From a virus (lineage: Duplodnaviria > Caudoviricetes), in IMG/VR virus record IMGVR_UViG_3300031555_004524, positions 1-64,000 of that record: 64,000 bases of DNA; one strand, written 5' to 3'. Every line of letters starts with the position of its first letter. The stretch's first letter is position 1. Below the pieces are notes generated by a model. It saw only the letters and a program-made list of their open reading frames with translations. It had not been told where the DNA came from and searched no databases. The translations under genes were made by a program, and so were the position numbers. Positions 21,434-31,324 of the stretch are shown here, piece by piece.

Positions 21434-24373
21434 TTAATCACCATTATCTATTCTGGCTTTTTCAACATTTGCAACTGGATATATATGTATACCATATCCA
21501 ACAATTGTATGACTATTATTACCATTATCAATTATAGTTACTTCTTCTCCAACTATAGATGATATATTGTAATGCAAACAACTTTCTAACGATTTGCTAT
21601 TTTCTAATACGTAGATATTAAGGTCATTCTCCTTATTTCTTCCTGAGAAGCAACCAATCATAGTTTCTACATTAGGTGAATACATGTACATATTTCCATA
21701 TAAATTATAACAATTCTGATATGTAAACCACATATTTGTTACATTAGCTCCACATACTGGACTACCTGTGAGATTGTAGCAATTATAATATGCCATATCA
21801 AAATATTTAACATTATTTCCACATACTGGACTACCTGTGAGATTGTAGCAATCATAATAAGCATTGTCCATAGCTGTTACATTAGCTCCACATACTGGAC
21901 TACCTGTAAGGTTAGAGCATCCTGTATATGCATTTGATAAAAATGTTACATTATTTCCACATGCTGGACTACCTGTGAGATTGGAGCAATATGTATATGC
22001 ATTACTCATACTCCTTACTTTATTACCACATACTGGACTACCTGTGAGATTGTAGCAATACATGTATGTTTTAGTCATATTAGTTACATTAGGTCCACAC
22101 ACTGGATTACCTGTAATATGCATGCAACCATGATATGTACTAGCCATACTTGTTACCTTATTTCCACATACTGGACTACCTGTAAGATTGTAGCAATTAT
22201 AATATGCATATTCCATATATGTTACATTATTACCACATACTGGACTACCTGTAATTTTATAGCAATTATAATATGTCATATACATATCTGTTACATTAGG
22301 TCCACACACTGGACTTCCTGTAATATTGTAGCAATGATAGTATGTATAACGCATATTTGTTACATTATTTCCACACACTGGACTTCCTGTAAGGTTACGG
22401 CAACTATGATAAGCATAACTCATATCTGTAACTTTATTCCCACATACTGGATCACCTGTAAGGTTATAGCACATCTCATATGTATGTAACATACTTGTTA
22501 CATTAGGTCCACACACTGGACTATCTGTTAATTTTGTACATCCAGAATATGCACTAGTCATACTTGTTACATTAGGTCCACATACTGGACTACCTGTGAG
22601 ATTAATACATCCTGTATATGTATATCTCATATCTTTTACGTTATTACCACACACTGGACTTCCTGTAAGGTTAGTGCAATCATAATATGTGCTATACATA
22701 TTTAGAACATTTTCTCCACATGATGGATTATCAATAAGCTTTTCGCACCAAGTATACATATTAGCCATATTTGATACATATTGATGGTCAAACTCCACGT
22801 GTTTCAGATTACTCATTGAATAAAAAGCATTACTCATATCAGTGTTTTCAATAACTATAGTATCAGGTATACTGATTTCAGTAATATTTGAATATTTTCT
22901 AAAATTCATTGTTTCGCCTAATTTCACTCCATAATAATCTGGAAGTTGGCATATTGTACTTGGAACTCCATTTAATGTACCTTTCCATCCAGTTATTTCA
23001 ACAACATGATCTTCGTAAACATATTCAAAATCAGTTAGAAGCATATTGAAATAGTATTCATCGATATTCATACTCTTGTATAATACTGGTTCTACGCTAA
23101 AATTAGTATAGTCTATATCCTTACTTAACCATAATTTTATAGTAATAGGTGTTTCATAATCTTCTATAACAAATTCGCATCCTCCGCCAATATCGCATAC
23201 ATCTTCTCTACTACCTTGATTTGTAGTGTCAGCTGATCGTGTTATTCCAGGTATCTCTTTTCCATTACTATAAACCTTAACACCAAACATATTATGCTCA
23301 TATGAAGATTTATCCAAACTAGTATTGTCATTTAAACCAATTAATTTGTAAGCTCCAGCTGGTAACATCAATGGGCATTCATCAGATATTATTGGAATTA
23401 ATTGATCACTAGTCTGTTCAGAAGAAGTGACTGTTACATCTTTATTATGTAATGAAAAACGAAGTCCATCGATTATGGTTGAACCTTGTTTCAACCCAGC
23501 CCATGTATCAGGTATTAAATCTACAGTACCTGGAGTCAAATCATTTGTAGGCCCGCATACTAATGCCCCATATAATGGTCTTGCATATAAGAATGGTTGT
23601 AAGTCATAAATTGATGATCTAATAAGACCTCTATCAGCTCCAGAATTATCCATATGCAGATAATGCTCACTGTCAGTCATAATACCAACATGATTTATTC
23701 CCATTATGAAATCTGGATTTGTTAAAGTTCCATCATCATTTTCAGTATATAAAAAGCATAAGTCTCCAGATCTAGCATAAGATGTATCAAAGAACCATGT
23801 AAATCCCATTCTATCATAATATAATGCCATATCTCCAGCAGTTAATACTCTTAAATAATCATGCTGATCCATATATTCGTAATATGGAAAAACATATGGT
23901 TCTTCGTATCTAACTGATTGTAAATCAAAATATTCTTCCACCCATTTTTTATCATAATCGCATTCTATTAATGATGGATTACACTCTGCATTGTTTTTAG
24001 AATATGGGCTCTGATGATAAGATATACCCCTTAATACCAAACCTATGAATGTTGAATCATCCATGATGGCATTTCCATTATTATCTCGAATAGTAGCTTC
24101 TGTTTCGCCTTTCAAACAGCCTGTTTCTTCTACATATTTAAAAGATTTTTCTCCATTAATAGATGAATTCATGTATGTCATCGCTAATTTTACAGCTTCC
24201 CATGCATTATCAAAATTTGAATAATATACACCCATAGGTGTACTTATATCCATATAATTCACAGGTATATTATCTATCTCTTTAGCAAAATTATTTGCTA
24301 TAATAAGGCTAGTTCTTTTACTCTTACCGCGAATTTTATCCGCAATTTCTTGAAATTTTTCTGCTTGAGTCAT
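21434..24373 (-). CDS. Repeat protein B: IADKIR adaptor + degenerate NlpC/P60-like domain + beta-sandwich + Cys-rich LRR-like array
   Basis: FQEIADKIRGK N-terminus; MDDSTFIGLVLRG..RSGDLCF..INHVGIM; same N-cap, repeats and C-cap as 7061-9322. Confidence 0.75.
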   Translation of the reverse strand: MTQAEKFQEIADKIRGKSKRTSLIIANNFAKEIDNIPVNYMDISTPMGVYYSNFDNAWEAVKLAMTYMNSSINGEKSFKYVEETGCLKGETEATIRDNNGNAIMDDSTFIGLVLRGISYHQSPYSKNNAECNPSLIECDYDKKWVEEYFDLQSVRYEEPYVFPYYEYMDQHDYLRVLTAGDMALYYDRMGFTWFFDTSYARSGDLCFLYTENDDGTLTNPDFIMGINHVGIMTDSEHYLHMDNSGADRGLIRSSIYDLQPFLYARPLYGALVCGPTNDLTPGTVDLIPDTWAGLKQGSTIIDGLRFSLHNKDVTVTSSEQTSDQLIPIISDECPLMLPAGAYKLIGLNDNTSLDKSSYEHNMFGVKVYSNGKEIPGITRSADTTNQGSREDVCDIGGGCEFVIEDYETPITIKLWLSKDIDYTNFSVEPVLYKSMNIDEYYFNMLLTDFEYVYEDHVVEITGWKGTLNGVPSTICQLPDYYGVKLGETMNFRKYSNITEISIPDTIVIENTDMSNAFYSMSNLKHVEFDHQYVSNMANMYTWCEKLIDNPSCGENVLNMYSTYYDCTNLTGSPVCGNNVKDMRYTYTGCINLTGSPVCGPNVTSMTSAYSGCTKLTDSPVCGPNVTSMLHTYEMCYNLTGDPVCGNKVTDMSYAYHSCRNLTGSPVCGNNVTNMRYTYYHCYNITGSPVCGPNVTDMYMTYYNCYKITGSPVCGNNVTYMEYAYYNCYNLTGSPVCGNKVTSMASTYHGCMHITGNPVCGPNVTNMTKTYMYCYNLTGSPVCGNKVRSMSNAYTYCSNLTGSPACGNNVTFLSNAYTGCSNLTGSPVCGANVTAMDNAYYDCYNLTGSPVCGNNVKYFDMAYYNCYNLTGSPVCGANVTNMWFTYQNCYNLYGNMYMYSPNVETMIGCFSGRNKENDLNIYVLENSKSLESCLHYNISSIVGEEVTIIDNGNNSHTIVGYGIHIYPVANVEKARIDNGD
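21713..22747 (-). repeat. Tandem array of 15 x 69-bp repeats (23 aa)
   Basis: Counted from the translation (first unit degenerate); same consensus as 7343-8929. Confidence 0.95.
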
Positions 24374-24374
24374 A

Positions 24375-25124
24375 TTAATATCTCGCCTCCCATGTCATAT
24401 CTATTGCTTCTTGAATTGCAGCATTAACATACTCTCGAACGTTTCTTATAGCTGAACCTACAGCAGCAGAATCTGCAGCAGCTCCAGTAACACTTAACGT
24501 TGTATCTACATTAATTTTCCCACTACCGTTTTCTATCATCTGTACAATGTCTGTGAATTTATCACCTACAGCTTTAGAATCCGCAGCGTATCCTTCTTTA
24601 GTTAAGGTATCATCTATTGCTATATTATTAGATGGACCTGCTGGACCTTGTTCGCCTTGTGGACCTGGATCTCCTTTATCTCCCTTATCACCTTTATCGC
24701 CTTTATCTCCCTTATCACCTTTATCGCCTTTATCTCCCTTATCACCTTTATCGCCTTTTTCCCCTCTAAGACCATCACCTCCAGGTGGACCCTGTAAACC
24801 TGTATCTCCTCTTTCCCCCTGAGGACCAGTTGGGCCTCTCTCTCCTCTATCACCTTTATCACCTTTTGGGCCTTGCGGACCTGGATCTCCTTTAGGACCA
24901 ACAGGTACATTTATATTTAGTAATCTCTTATCTGCAGTTTCTGTTATAGATGCAGATGGCGCATCGGCTACTTCTACAATACCAATCTCTAACGGTTTAT
25001 TAGCTGCATATATACCATCTTCAATATGTGCCATGTTATCTTCAGTAACTACAGCATTTCTATCTATATTTTCTTGTAACGTTAGATCAGGATCGAATGT
25101 ATTCCATTCTTGTTTTTCATACAT
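24375..25124 (-). CDS. Short collagen-like fibre protein 3
   Basis: Same N-terminal anchor as the other two collagen genes; (GDK)8 run; two D.TL...G.AADS.AVG modules. Confidence 0.85.
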   Translation of the reverse strand: MYEKQEWNTFDPDLTLQENIDRNAVVTEDNMAHIEDGIYAANKPLEIGIVEVADAPSASITETADKRLLNINVPVGPKGDPGPQGPKGDKGDRGERGPTGPQGERGDTGLQGPPGGDGLRGEKGDKGDKGDKGDKGDKGDKGDKGDKGDKGDPGPQGEQGPAGPSNNIAIDDTLTKEGYAADSKAVGDKFTDIVQMIENGSGKINVDTTLSVTGAAADSAAVGSAIRNVREYVNAAIQEAIDMTWEARY

Positions 25125-25149
25125 TATACTTTAATCCTCCTTTGCTTAT

Positions 25150-25371
25150 AAAATAAATGGCTACCTAAAACGCAATTGGTAGCCACTACTATCTGCATGT
25201 TTACTGGTATGTTTTCATTTTGACAGGAGTTACCCAGAAGACTATTATATGTCTTCTGGGAAATGCGCGTAAGAAAAAATTTACATCATACCAATATGGC
25301 ATTTATGGGTCATAATTTTTTATAATAATCAGAAATGCTTTATTTGATAATTATGTATAGTATATCTGATT
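25150..25371 (-). promoter_or_regulatory. Structured ~220-nt leader or ncRNA ending in a terminator just upstream of the 25124 RBS
   Basis: Late promoter at 25371-25382; hairpins at 25233-25260 and 25158-25185 (the latter followed by U-rich sequence); no ORF. Confidence 0.55.
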
Positions 25372-25422
25372 ATGATAATGTTGTAATTTTATTCTTTTAT
25401 TTTACTATTAGTAATATCTCCT

Positions 25423-25743
25423 TCATAATTCTTCGGAAGAATCTGAAATTGGAGTTTTCTGTAGGAAAATATTCTTGCCTAACTGATGAGTACCAACAGC
25501 AGATGCAGCATTAATAATACCACTTAAAATATTATTTGCAACTGAAGCTGCTGATGAATTATCCCCACATGAAACACAGAATAAGATAGCTAATATAGCT
25601 AAAATTGCCGGAATAAGACGATTAGAGATACTTTCTGCAACTTTTAAATGTTTAATAAGAGCTCCAACTCCTAATAAACCGATGATAAGCGCACTATTAA
25701 TATATGCATCTAAATTAACACTTTCTAAGAGTAAATCTGTCAT
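25423..25743 (-). CDS. Holin
   Basis: 106 aa, three hydrophobic segments; ISNRLIPAILAIL..AVGTHQL pattern of Firmicute phage holins. Confidence 0.8.
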   Translation of the reverse strand: MTDLLLESVNLDAYINSALIIGLLGVGALIKHLKVAESISNRLIPAILAILAILFCVSCGDNSSAASVANNILSGIINAASAVGTHQLGKNIFLQKTPISDSSEEL

Positions 25744-25834
25744 AATAATTTACCTCCTTATATATTTATTTATCTTAATGTTTAGCGTCATGGACAACAT
25801 TGGGATAATCTTAATATAAAGGAGTTGATGAATA

Positions 25835-26098
25835 GTGTTATTTAATTATAGTAGCGATTTACGAATGAGGCTCAGAAAAGAAATAGTAAAATTTAAATAT
25901 TTTCCAGATTGCATAAGGGAATTTGATACTCATACATTCTGCAAATATATCAATAATGATATTATTGTTGATTTATATGAAGATACGATTCTTTTCACTG
26001 TTAATAATAATATAGAAAAATTATCATACGCTAATAGCAATATAGATTATATAAATACTATTTTGGGATTATATCATGAAAACTCAAAAAAGGAATAA
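25835..26098 (+). CDS. Hypothetical protein
   Basis: 87-aa ORF, AAGGAG upstream, late-type promoter at 25796-25807. Confidence 0.65.
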   Translation: MLFNYSSDLRMRLRKEIVKFKYFPDCIREFDTHTFCKYINNDIIVDLYEDTILFTVNNNIEKLSYANSNIDYINTILGLYHENSKKE

Positions 26099-26136
26099 AA
26101 TTTAACATACAGATAAACCATTGATGGGATGATTTT

Positions 26137-27276
26137 ATGGTTTATCATCTATTTTGGAATTTTATAGAAAGGAGGATAATTATTGGTATGCGTATAAAAA
26201 ATAATTCAAATCACGAAGAAAAAAGAAACAAATTGTGCAATATATGGCGACATAGAAGTCATCGTAATAAGTTGATTTTTGCAAAGACTCTATGTATCGC
26301 AGTAGCAATTTGTGTTATAGCATTAACATTCGTCTACATGCAAACCATTAATGAGATAAATACTTCTATGCATGACACAATCTCTATTCTTAAAGAAGAA
26401 AGATTTAATCAAATATATTTATATGCGATGGAATTAAGAAAAATGGCTTCAGATCAAGCCGAAGAAGTTGCTGTAAGCATAGAACAAGATATCAAATCCA
26501 ATATTGATATGGAACAATTAAAAATTGATCTGGATAGTAATCAAACGAATGAAGATTTACATATGGTATTCAGAAAAAATATTGCTAATGTCGGATTTAA
26601 TGGAATTGGAAATCAACGAGATGGTATATTTATAACTTCTATGGATGGTATATTGGAAGATATGAATCACTATAGAGCTAGTTCCAGTGTAACAGATAAA
26701 CGAGATTGGGAATATGAAATTGGACATGCGTATAATTCTTATTTGGAAAAAGAAGCAGTTAGAAAATTAACTAACCATTCCAAAGAAATTATTATAACAG
26801 AGCACGTTAATAGACTTACACAAGACGATTCCAATTATGAATCACATAAACTGATAAATAGTGCTAGTTATGACACTCTTAAATCAGTTTATATGGAAGA
26901 AGGAATCAATGGATTAAAGAACTATCAGTTTTTAAATCCAGCATATATTCTTGATACTGAAGATATTTTTGGGCAACCACAAATTATCGAAGGGTTAAAA
27001 CAAGAAACCCACACATTTATAGTAGTACAGGAATTTAATTTATATGATCAGATTAAAACTCATTATCCTAAATTAATGGATGATTCGTTTATAAAATCTG
27101 TGGAATTATACTATCACAATGTTTTAAATATTCTATACATTGTTGGGATTTTTTATGGAGTAATATTAGTAGTATTGCTAGCATTTGTATCCAATAAATA
27201 TAATAGATATTTTGATAAACATGATCTTGGTAATATTCCACCAAAAAATAATCATAATATGAAAATAAATGAATAA
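26137..27276 (+). CDS. Two-TM membrane protein with a large extracytoplasmic (Cache-like) domain
   Basis: TM segments near residues 47-67 and 329-351; AGGAGG suggests the true start is ~26188. Confidence 0.7.
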   Translation: MVYHLFWNFIERRIIIGMRIKNNSNHEEKRNKLCNIWRHRSHRNKLIFAKTLCIAVAICVIALTFVYMQTINEINTSMHDTISILKEERFNQIYLYAMELRKMASDQAEEVAVSIEQDIKSNIDMEQLKIDLDSNQTNEDLHMVFRKNIANVGFNGIGNQRDGIFITSMDGILEDMNHYRASSSVTDKRDWEYEIGHAYNSYLEKEAVRKLTNHSKEIIITEHVNRLTQDDSNYESHKLINSASYDTLKSVYMEEGINGLKNYQFLNPAYILDTEDIFGQPQIIEGLKQETHTFIVVQEFNLYDQIKTHYPKLMDDSFIKSVELYYHNVLNILYIVGIFYGVILVVLLAFVSNKYNRYFDKHDLGNIPPKNNHNMKINE

Positions 27277-27751
27277 TTACGGTATAAGGGGGAAAGATAG
27301 TATGGATGTAATATCACTTAATATACTACTGGAATACTTATACAAGCGATTTGTGGTGACATTTTTACTATGCTTAGTTGGAGCATTCATTAAAGAATCT
27401 ACTGTTACTGGTAAGATAAGTTTTACGAAAATATTATCATCTACTATATTTTCCTCTGTTCTTATTTGCGTATTAATGGATTACGTTGAAGTTCCATTCA
27501 GTTTATTCGCTGCAATCACTATATTAGTTGGTATGTGGAGTTCGTCATTAATTAAACTATTCTTGAACCTCAAATTTATACAGTCTCTCGGAAAGACTTT
27601 AATCAAAAACATTTCAGGTCCAGCAGCTAAAGTATTAGAAAGAATGGCTGAGGAAGCTGAAAATATTGAAGAGAAATTGGAAAGAGAGGCTAAAAGAAAT
27701 GCCGAGAAGGAAAAAGAAGAAAAAGAGAAGGATGATGACTCCTTAAAATAA
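27269..27751 (+). CDS. Three-TM membrane protein with charged C-terminus (holin-like)
   Basis: Hydrophobic segments followed by an E/K-rich tail; overlaps the upstream stop. Confidence 0.6.
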   Translation: MNNYGIRGKDSMDVISLNILLEYLYKRFVVTFLLCLVGAFIKESTVTGKISFTKILSSTIFSSVLICVLMDYVEVPFSLFAAITILVGMWSSSLIKLFLNLKFIQSLGKTLIKNISGPAAKVLERMAEEAENIEEKLEREAKRNAEKEKEEKEKDDDSLK

Positions 27752-27755
27752 ATAA

Positions 27756-27985
27756 GAGAGAGTGCTTACTTAAGCACTCTCTCAAAAAATGACAAAAAAA
27801 TAATTTGAATTATTTCTTTGACAATGTGATATGGGGGTGATAATTATTATTCTATTTGGGGTGGGATGTAATAATATTATAATAATTCAAATTGGAGTAT
27901 GAAATGAGTCACAACTCACCCCCATATCTTTTTGTCTGCAAAATAAAAAAGGAGAAACGCGATGAAAGATACTCGCTATTTCATA
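27756..27985 (-). ncRNA. Candidate ~230-nt structured early small RNA
   Basis: TATATTAT-N5-TGA promoter at 27976-28005; long interleaved inverted repeats; terminator at 27756-27783 with minus-strand U-tract; no ORF. Confidence 0.55.
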
Positions 27986-28005
27986 TTAATAATATATAAT
28001 TGAAA
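27976..28005 (-). promoter_or_regulatory. Early-type promoter TATATTAT-N5-TGA
   Basis: 27/30 identical to 41273-41302; same core at 41088, 47201 and 49415. Confidence 0.65.
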
Positions 28006-28012
28006 TTTAAAA

Positions 28013-29224
28013 TTAATACATAGTGTTCATTGTCATATAATTTTCTGGACTCATTGAAGCTAATGCATTATAATCTACAAATAAACCATACATCTTTCTT
28101 GAATATATAGGTTTCTTAATCATTTCATCTCTGAGCTTATCATATTTATCATATAACTTTTCCCAACGTTTTCTTTCAAAATCAGATAACTCTTCACTAC
28201 AGAGATAATCTTCAATAATTCCAATTCTACTATTAATCTGTCTCATAAGCAAAATTGCAGATGATTCATCGTCAATATTTTTAACTCTCATAGAATATTC
28301 ATACACATCGTCTTCTAATGATTTCATTCCATTGAGTTTAATATTTGTAAATAAACTCTTCTTTTTAGATTCTTCAATATAATTTATTTTATAATCTAAA
28401 GTTGTTAAAAATGTCAATGCTTGTTTAATAGCTCTTTTCATTAAAAGAGATCCAGTACAATATAATCCCTGTCTAAGAGTATATACTGGCAAAGTATCAT
28501 ATGCAGTATGATGTAAGAACCAATATAAACACCAGTTTAATGAAGTTGTAGGAAGTAATTCATTATCAAACTGAGGTCTTACTTTCTGCATTTTATCTAT
28601 AGCACTATCAAAATGAGACTCCAATCCCAAATATCTTACAAGTTCTCCAGCAAGAATTAATTTAGTGCTATCTTTTGCACAGCAAGAAAACATTCTATAC
28701 ATTGTTTCTTTTGTAGCATAAGAAAATAAACAATCTAACTCTTTTGTCATGTTATTATGTAAACCTTTTTTATCAATATCTAATCCACAACATATTGCAT
28801 CTACTGCTTCTTTATATTCTCTTACACTAGATCCACTTGTAAGTTTATCGATATCATCAATAATTAATGATAATGCTTCATATACATTAAGATCTGCAAT
28901 TGAATCAAATAATTTACTATCTAATTCCAATCTATAATTCGCAATGTGGAATGGTTCTGGTAATTCACCGCAATCGTATAGTATTCTTTCTACACCATTA
29001 ATCATTGGATCTACCATAATGCCAAAGAATTCAGTATCAGTATTTTTTGTAAATATAACTTCAACACACTTAATATCATCAAAGAACTGATTGAGTGCTT
29101 TCATAAATTCAAATGTGCCGTCTGAGCATTTTCCCATATGGCTAAATGTATGTGCAGAGGAACTTTTACTGAGTATAACTGATAAAGAGTCCAGTAAAGC
29201 TCCTAAATCTTTATTTCTGATCAT
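28013..29224 (-). CDS. Virion head-associated protein (AR9-like)
   Basis: Downstream of the capsid gene, own late promoter (29263-29274), YIEE|SK-type cleavage site before a basic C-terminal domain. Confidence 0.6.
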   Translation of the reverse strand: MIRNKDLGALLDSLSVILSKSSSAHTFSHMGKCSDGTFEFMKALNQFFDDIKCVEVIFTKNTDTEFFGIMVDPMINGVERILYDCGELPEPFHIANYRLELDSKLFDSIADLNVYEALSLIIDDIDKLTSGSSVREYKEAVDAICCGLDIDKKGLHNNMTKELDCLFSYATKETMYRMFSCCAKDSTKLILAGELVRYLGLESHFDSAIDKMQKVRPQFDNELLPTTSLNWCLYWFLHHTAYDTLPVYTLRQGLYCTGSLLMKRAIKQALTFLTTLDYKINYIEESKKKSLFTNIKLNGMKSLEDDVYEYSMRVKNIDDESSAILLMRQINSRIGIIEDYLCSEELSDFERKRWEKLYDKYDKLRDEMIKKPIYSRKMYGLFVDYNALASMSPENYMTMNTMY

Positions 29225-29288
29225 TATATTAAAACTCCTTTCAACTAGTTTTACTATTCATTTATATGTATGTTTTCCTATTAAGCTA

Positions 29289-29326
29289 CGAAATACCCAG
29301 AGTACCTTTCGATACTCTGAGTTTCG
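29289..29326 (-). terminator. Capsid-gene terminator
   Basis: Stem whose one non-Watson-Crick pair is a G.U on the minus strand (a C-A mismatch on the plus strand). Confidence 0.75.
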
Positions 29327-29399
29327 GGAGGTTGTAAAAATTATGAAACTAAACCAAACCTGTTCAAGATTGCAATTTTAGCACTTGTAGCAGCTTAGA

Positions 29400-31184
29400 T
29401 TATTCAACAACTCTAACTGGAAATGCATTATATGTTTCCTGATTAATTCCATTTGGATGAAGAATGTTGATACGTCCCTGAACTGGTGTGTATTCAACAA
29501 ATTTCCATCTTTCAAATGAGTGAATTGCAGGAAGTGCTGGGTTATCTGCATTTCTAATTTCATTTGAAAGGTACATCTGGTAATCGTAAATTCTGTAAAG
29601 AATACGATCTGTACCATTTGGACAAAGAACTAAGATAAATTCTGTTGTTCCACGAAGTTTATCAGAACCGATGAACTGATAATGTCTTCTATCTGATGTA
29701 TAAACTGTCTTTGTGAAGTCAAGTTCTACTGGTCCGATAGAAGCTGGTGTCTGATAAGAGTATGTTGTAGGTGTGATCTTACGTACAAGATCTGGATCAC
29801 CGTAAATTGTAACTGTCATGTTAGGATCATTGAGTGCCTGTAAGAGTTTTGTTACCTGACTATCTAAGAAATCAAGGAATGTATCTCTTCTCCACTGGAT
29901 ATGATCCCCAGCGTATCCTTTGATTGGTGCCCAATCGTATTCACCATAAGATGAACTTCTTGCATCAAGTCTTGAATAAGAATCGTTAAGATTTCTTAAG
30001 ATTTTATCATCTTTGTAGTTAGCAAGAACTGATTTCATCATATGCATGATCTTTGTTACCTGGTTTACATTGTAAAGAGCATTGATATCTTTTACTTCTT
30101 CTGGAGAAATTGTAACGTTAATTGGAATAGCGTTTGGAATTTCTTCATAGATTGTATCTGCTCTCCAAGCTACACTACATGTTGTAGCACGAGCATTTGA
30201 AGTATCGATTCTAGACTGAATACGGATACCAGCAACGTTACCTTCAAGAGCCATTACGTTAAGACGGTCTTTCTTCATTGTACCTGTAATAGTATCTGTG
30301 ATAACTGCTGTTTCTGTGTCGCTTACTTTGTATTCCCAGTTGAATCTATAAGCAAGAGTTCTGTCAAAACCTTTACCCATCTGTCCAGCATAACCTGGTG
30401 TAAATGGAGCTTTAACTTTTACCCATACATCCATTGTTGTAGCTTCTGTAGCAATTTCTCCCTTAGGTTCGATATAACCTTCAGCGTTTGGAAGAATATC
30501 GCCAATTGCGAAATAAACGTCTTTTACTAATACAGCATAAACGTTTGTTTCTACTGAAAGATGATCAACTCCAGCTAAACCACCAAGGAAATCATGAACG
30601 ATTTCTGTAGCTTCTGTAAGTGGAAGAGTTGTAACATCGAATGTCTGCAGCGGAGCTGTAGCTTCGATTGCATCTGTCATCTTGTTCTGTTCTTTGAACA
30701 TGTCGATTTCATTACCTTCTGTATCTATAAGGTAACGTGTTTCCTGAGAAATTGTAAATGCAGGAGACTGAGTTACAACTTTAGGAATACCACCTTTATC
30801 AAATACCATGTTCATTAAGATCCATTTGTGCATTGGGAATGTCATACCAATAACTGGATTCATTGTAGACATATAAGTGTTTTCTAAGATACCTTCACGG
30901 TCATTATCAAAGAGTGCACCCATAGACTCACAATGTTCTTCGATTTCATATGCATCCATTCCATCTGGATCGTAAGAACCTTCGATAAAGTAATTTCTTA
31001 ATGTTTCATTTGCATACTGGTTGTTTAATGTTCTTCTAATGTCCTGATATACATCAACTGCACCCATAGCAGATTCCTGTACGACATTAGCGATATTTGT
31101 AAACTGCTCAGCAAAGGCATACATTTCATTCTTTCTGTAGTTGCCCTGAGCCATTTTAGCTTGCTTTCTTTCGCCGACTACCAT
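29400..31184 (-). CDS. Major capsid protein precursor
   Basis: Strongest codon bias in the window; between head-protein genes near the protease; YQMYLSNEIRN..NPALPAIHSFERW resembles AR9/PBS1 MCP (recall). AAGGAG RBS supports ATG 31184 (track start 31256). Confidence 0.8.
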   Translation of the reverse strand: MVVGERKQAKMAQGNYRKNEMYAFAEQFTNIANVVQESAMGAVDVYQDIRRTLNNQYANETLRNYFIEGSYDPDGMDAYEIEEHCESMGALFDNDREGILENTYMSTMNPVIGMTFPMHKWILMNMVFDKGGIPKVVTQSPAFTISQETRYLIDTEGNEIDMFKEQNKMTDAIEATAPLQTFDVTTLPLTEATEIVHDFLGGLAGVDHLSVETNVYAVLVKDVYFAIGDILPNAEGYIEPKGEIATEATTMDVWVKVKAPFTPGYAGQMGKGFDRTLAYRFNWEYKVSDTETAVITDTITGTMKKDRLNVMALEGNVAGIRIQSRIDTSNARATTCSVAWRADTIYEEIPNAIPINVTISPEEVKDINALYNVNQVTKIMHMMKSVLANYKDDKILRNLNDSYSRLDARSSSYGEYDWAPIKGYAGDHIQWRRDTFLDFLDSQVTKLLQALNDPNMTVTIYGDPDLVRKITPTTYSYQTPASIGPVELDFTKTVYTSDRRHYQFIGSDKLRGTTEFILVLCPNGTDRILYRIYDYQMYLSNEIRNADNPALPAIHSFERWKFVEYTPVQGRINILHPNGINQETYNAFPVRVVE

Positions 31185-31288
31185 AATTGTGTTAGCTCCT
31201 TTCATTATATGTATTAATTTTTGAATATTGTTGTATGTAAATATACGATCTATCATTTTTGAATAAAATCGATAAATAGATCTATAAT

Positions 31289-31300
31289 TACTATATTGTT
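31289..31300 (-). promoter_or_regulatory. Late nvRNAP promoter AACA-N6-TA (capsid)
   Basis: AACAATATAGTA; identical 12-mer at 34943-34954. Confidence 0.75.
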
Positions 31301-31324
31301 AGATTTTTATTTTCTGTTAGGAGA

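Noticed and set aside
27962-28003. 13-codon + strand ORF with a good SD
   Set aside because: No + strand promoter nearby, and it overlaps the minus-strand early promoter. Treated as the complement of an anti-SD RNA; Ribo-seq could overturn this.
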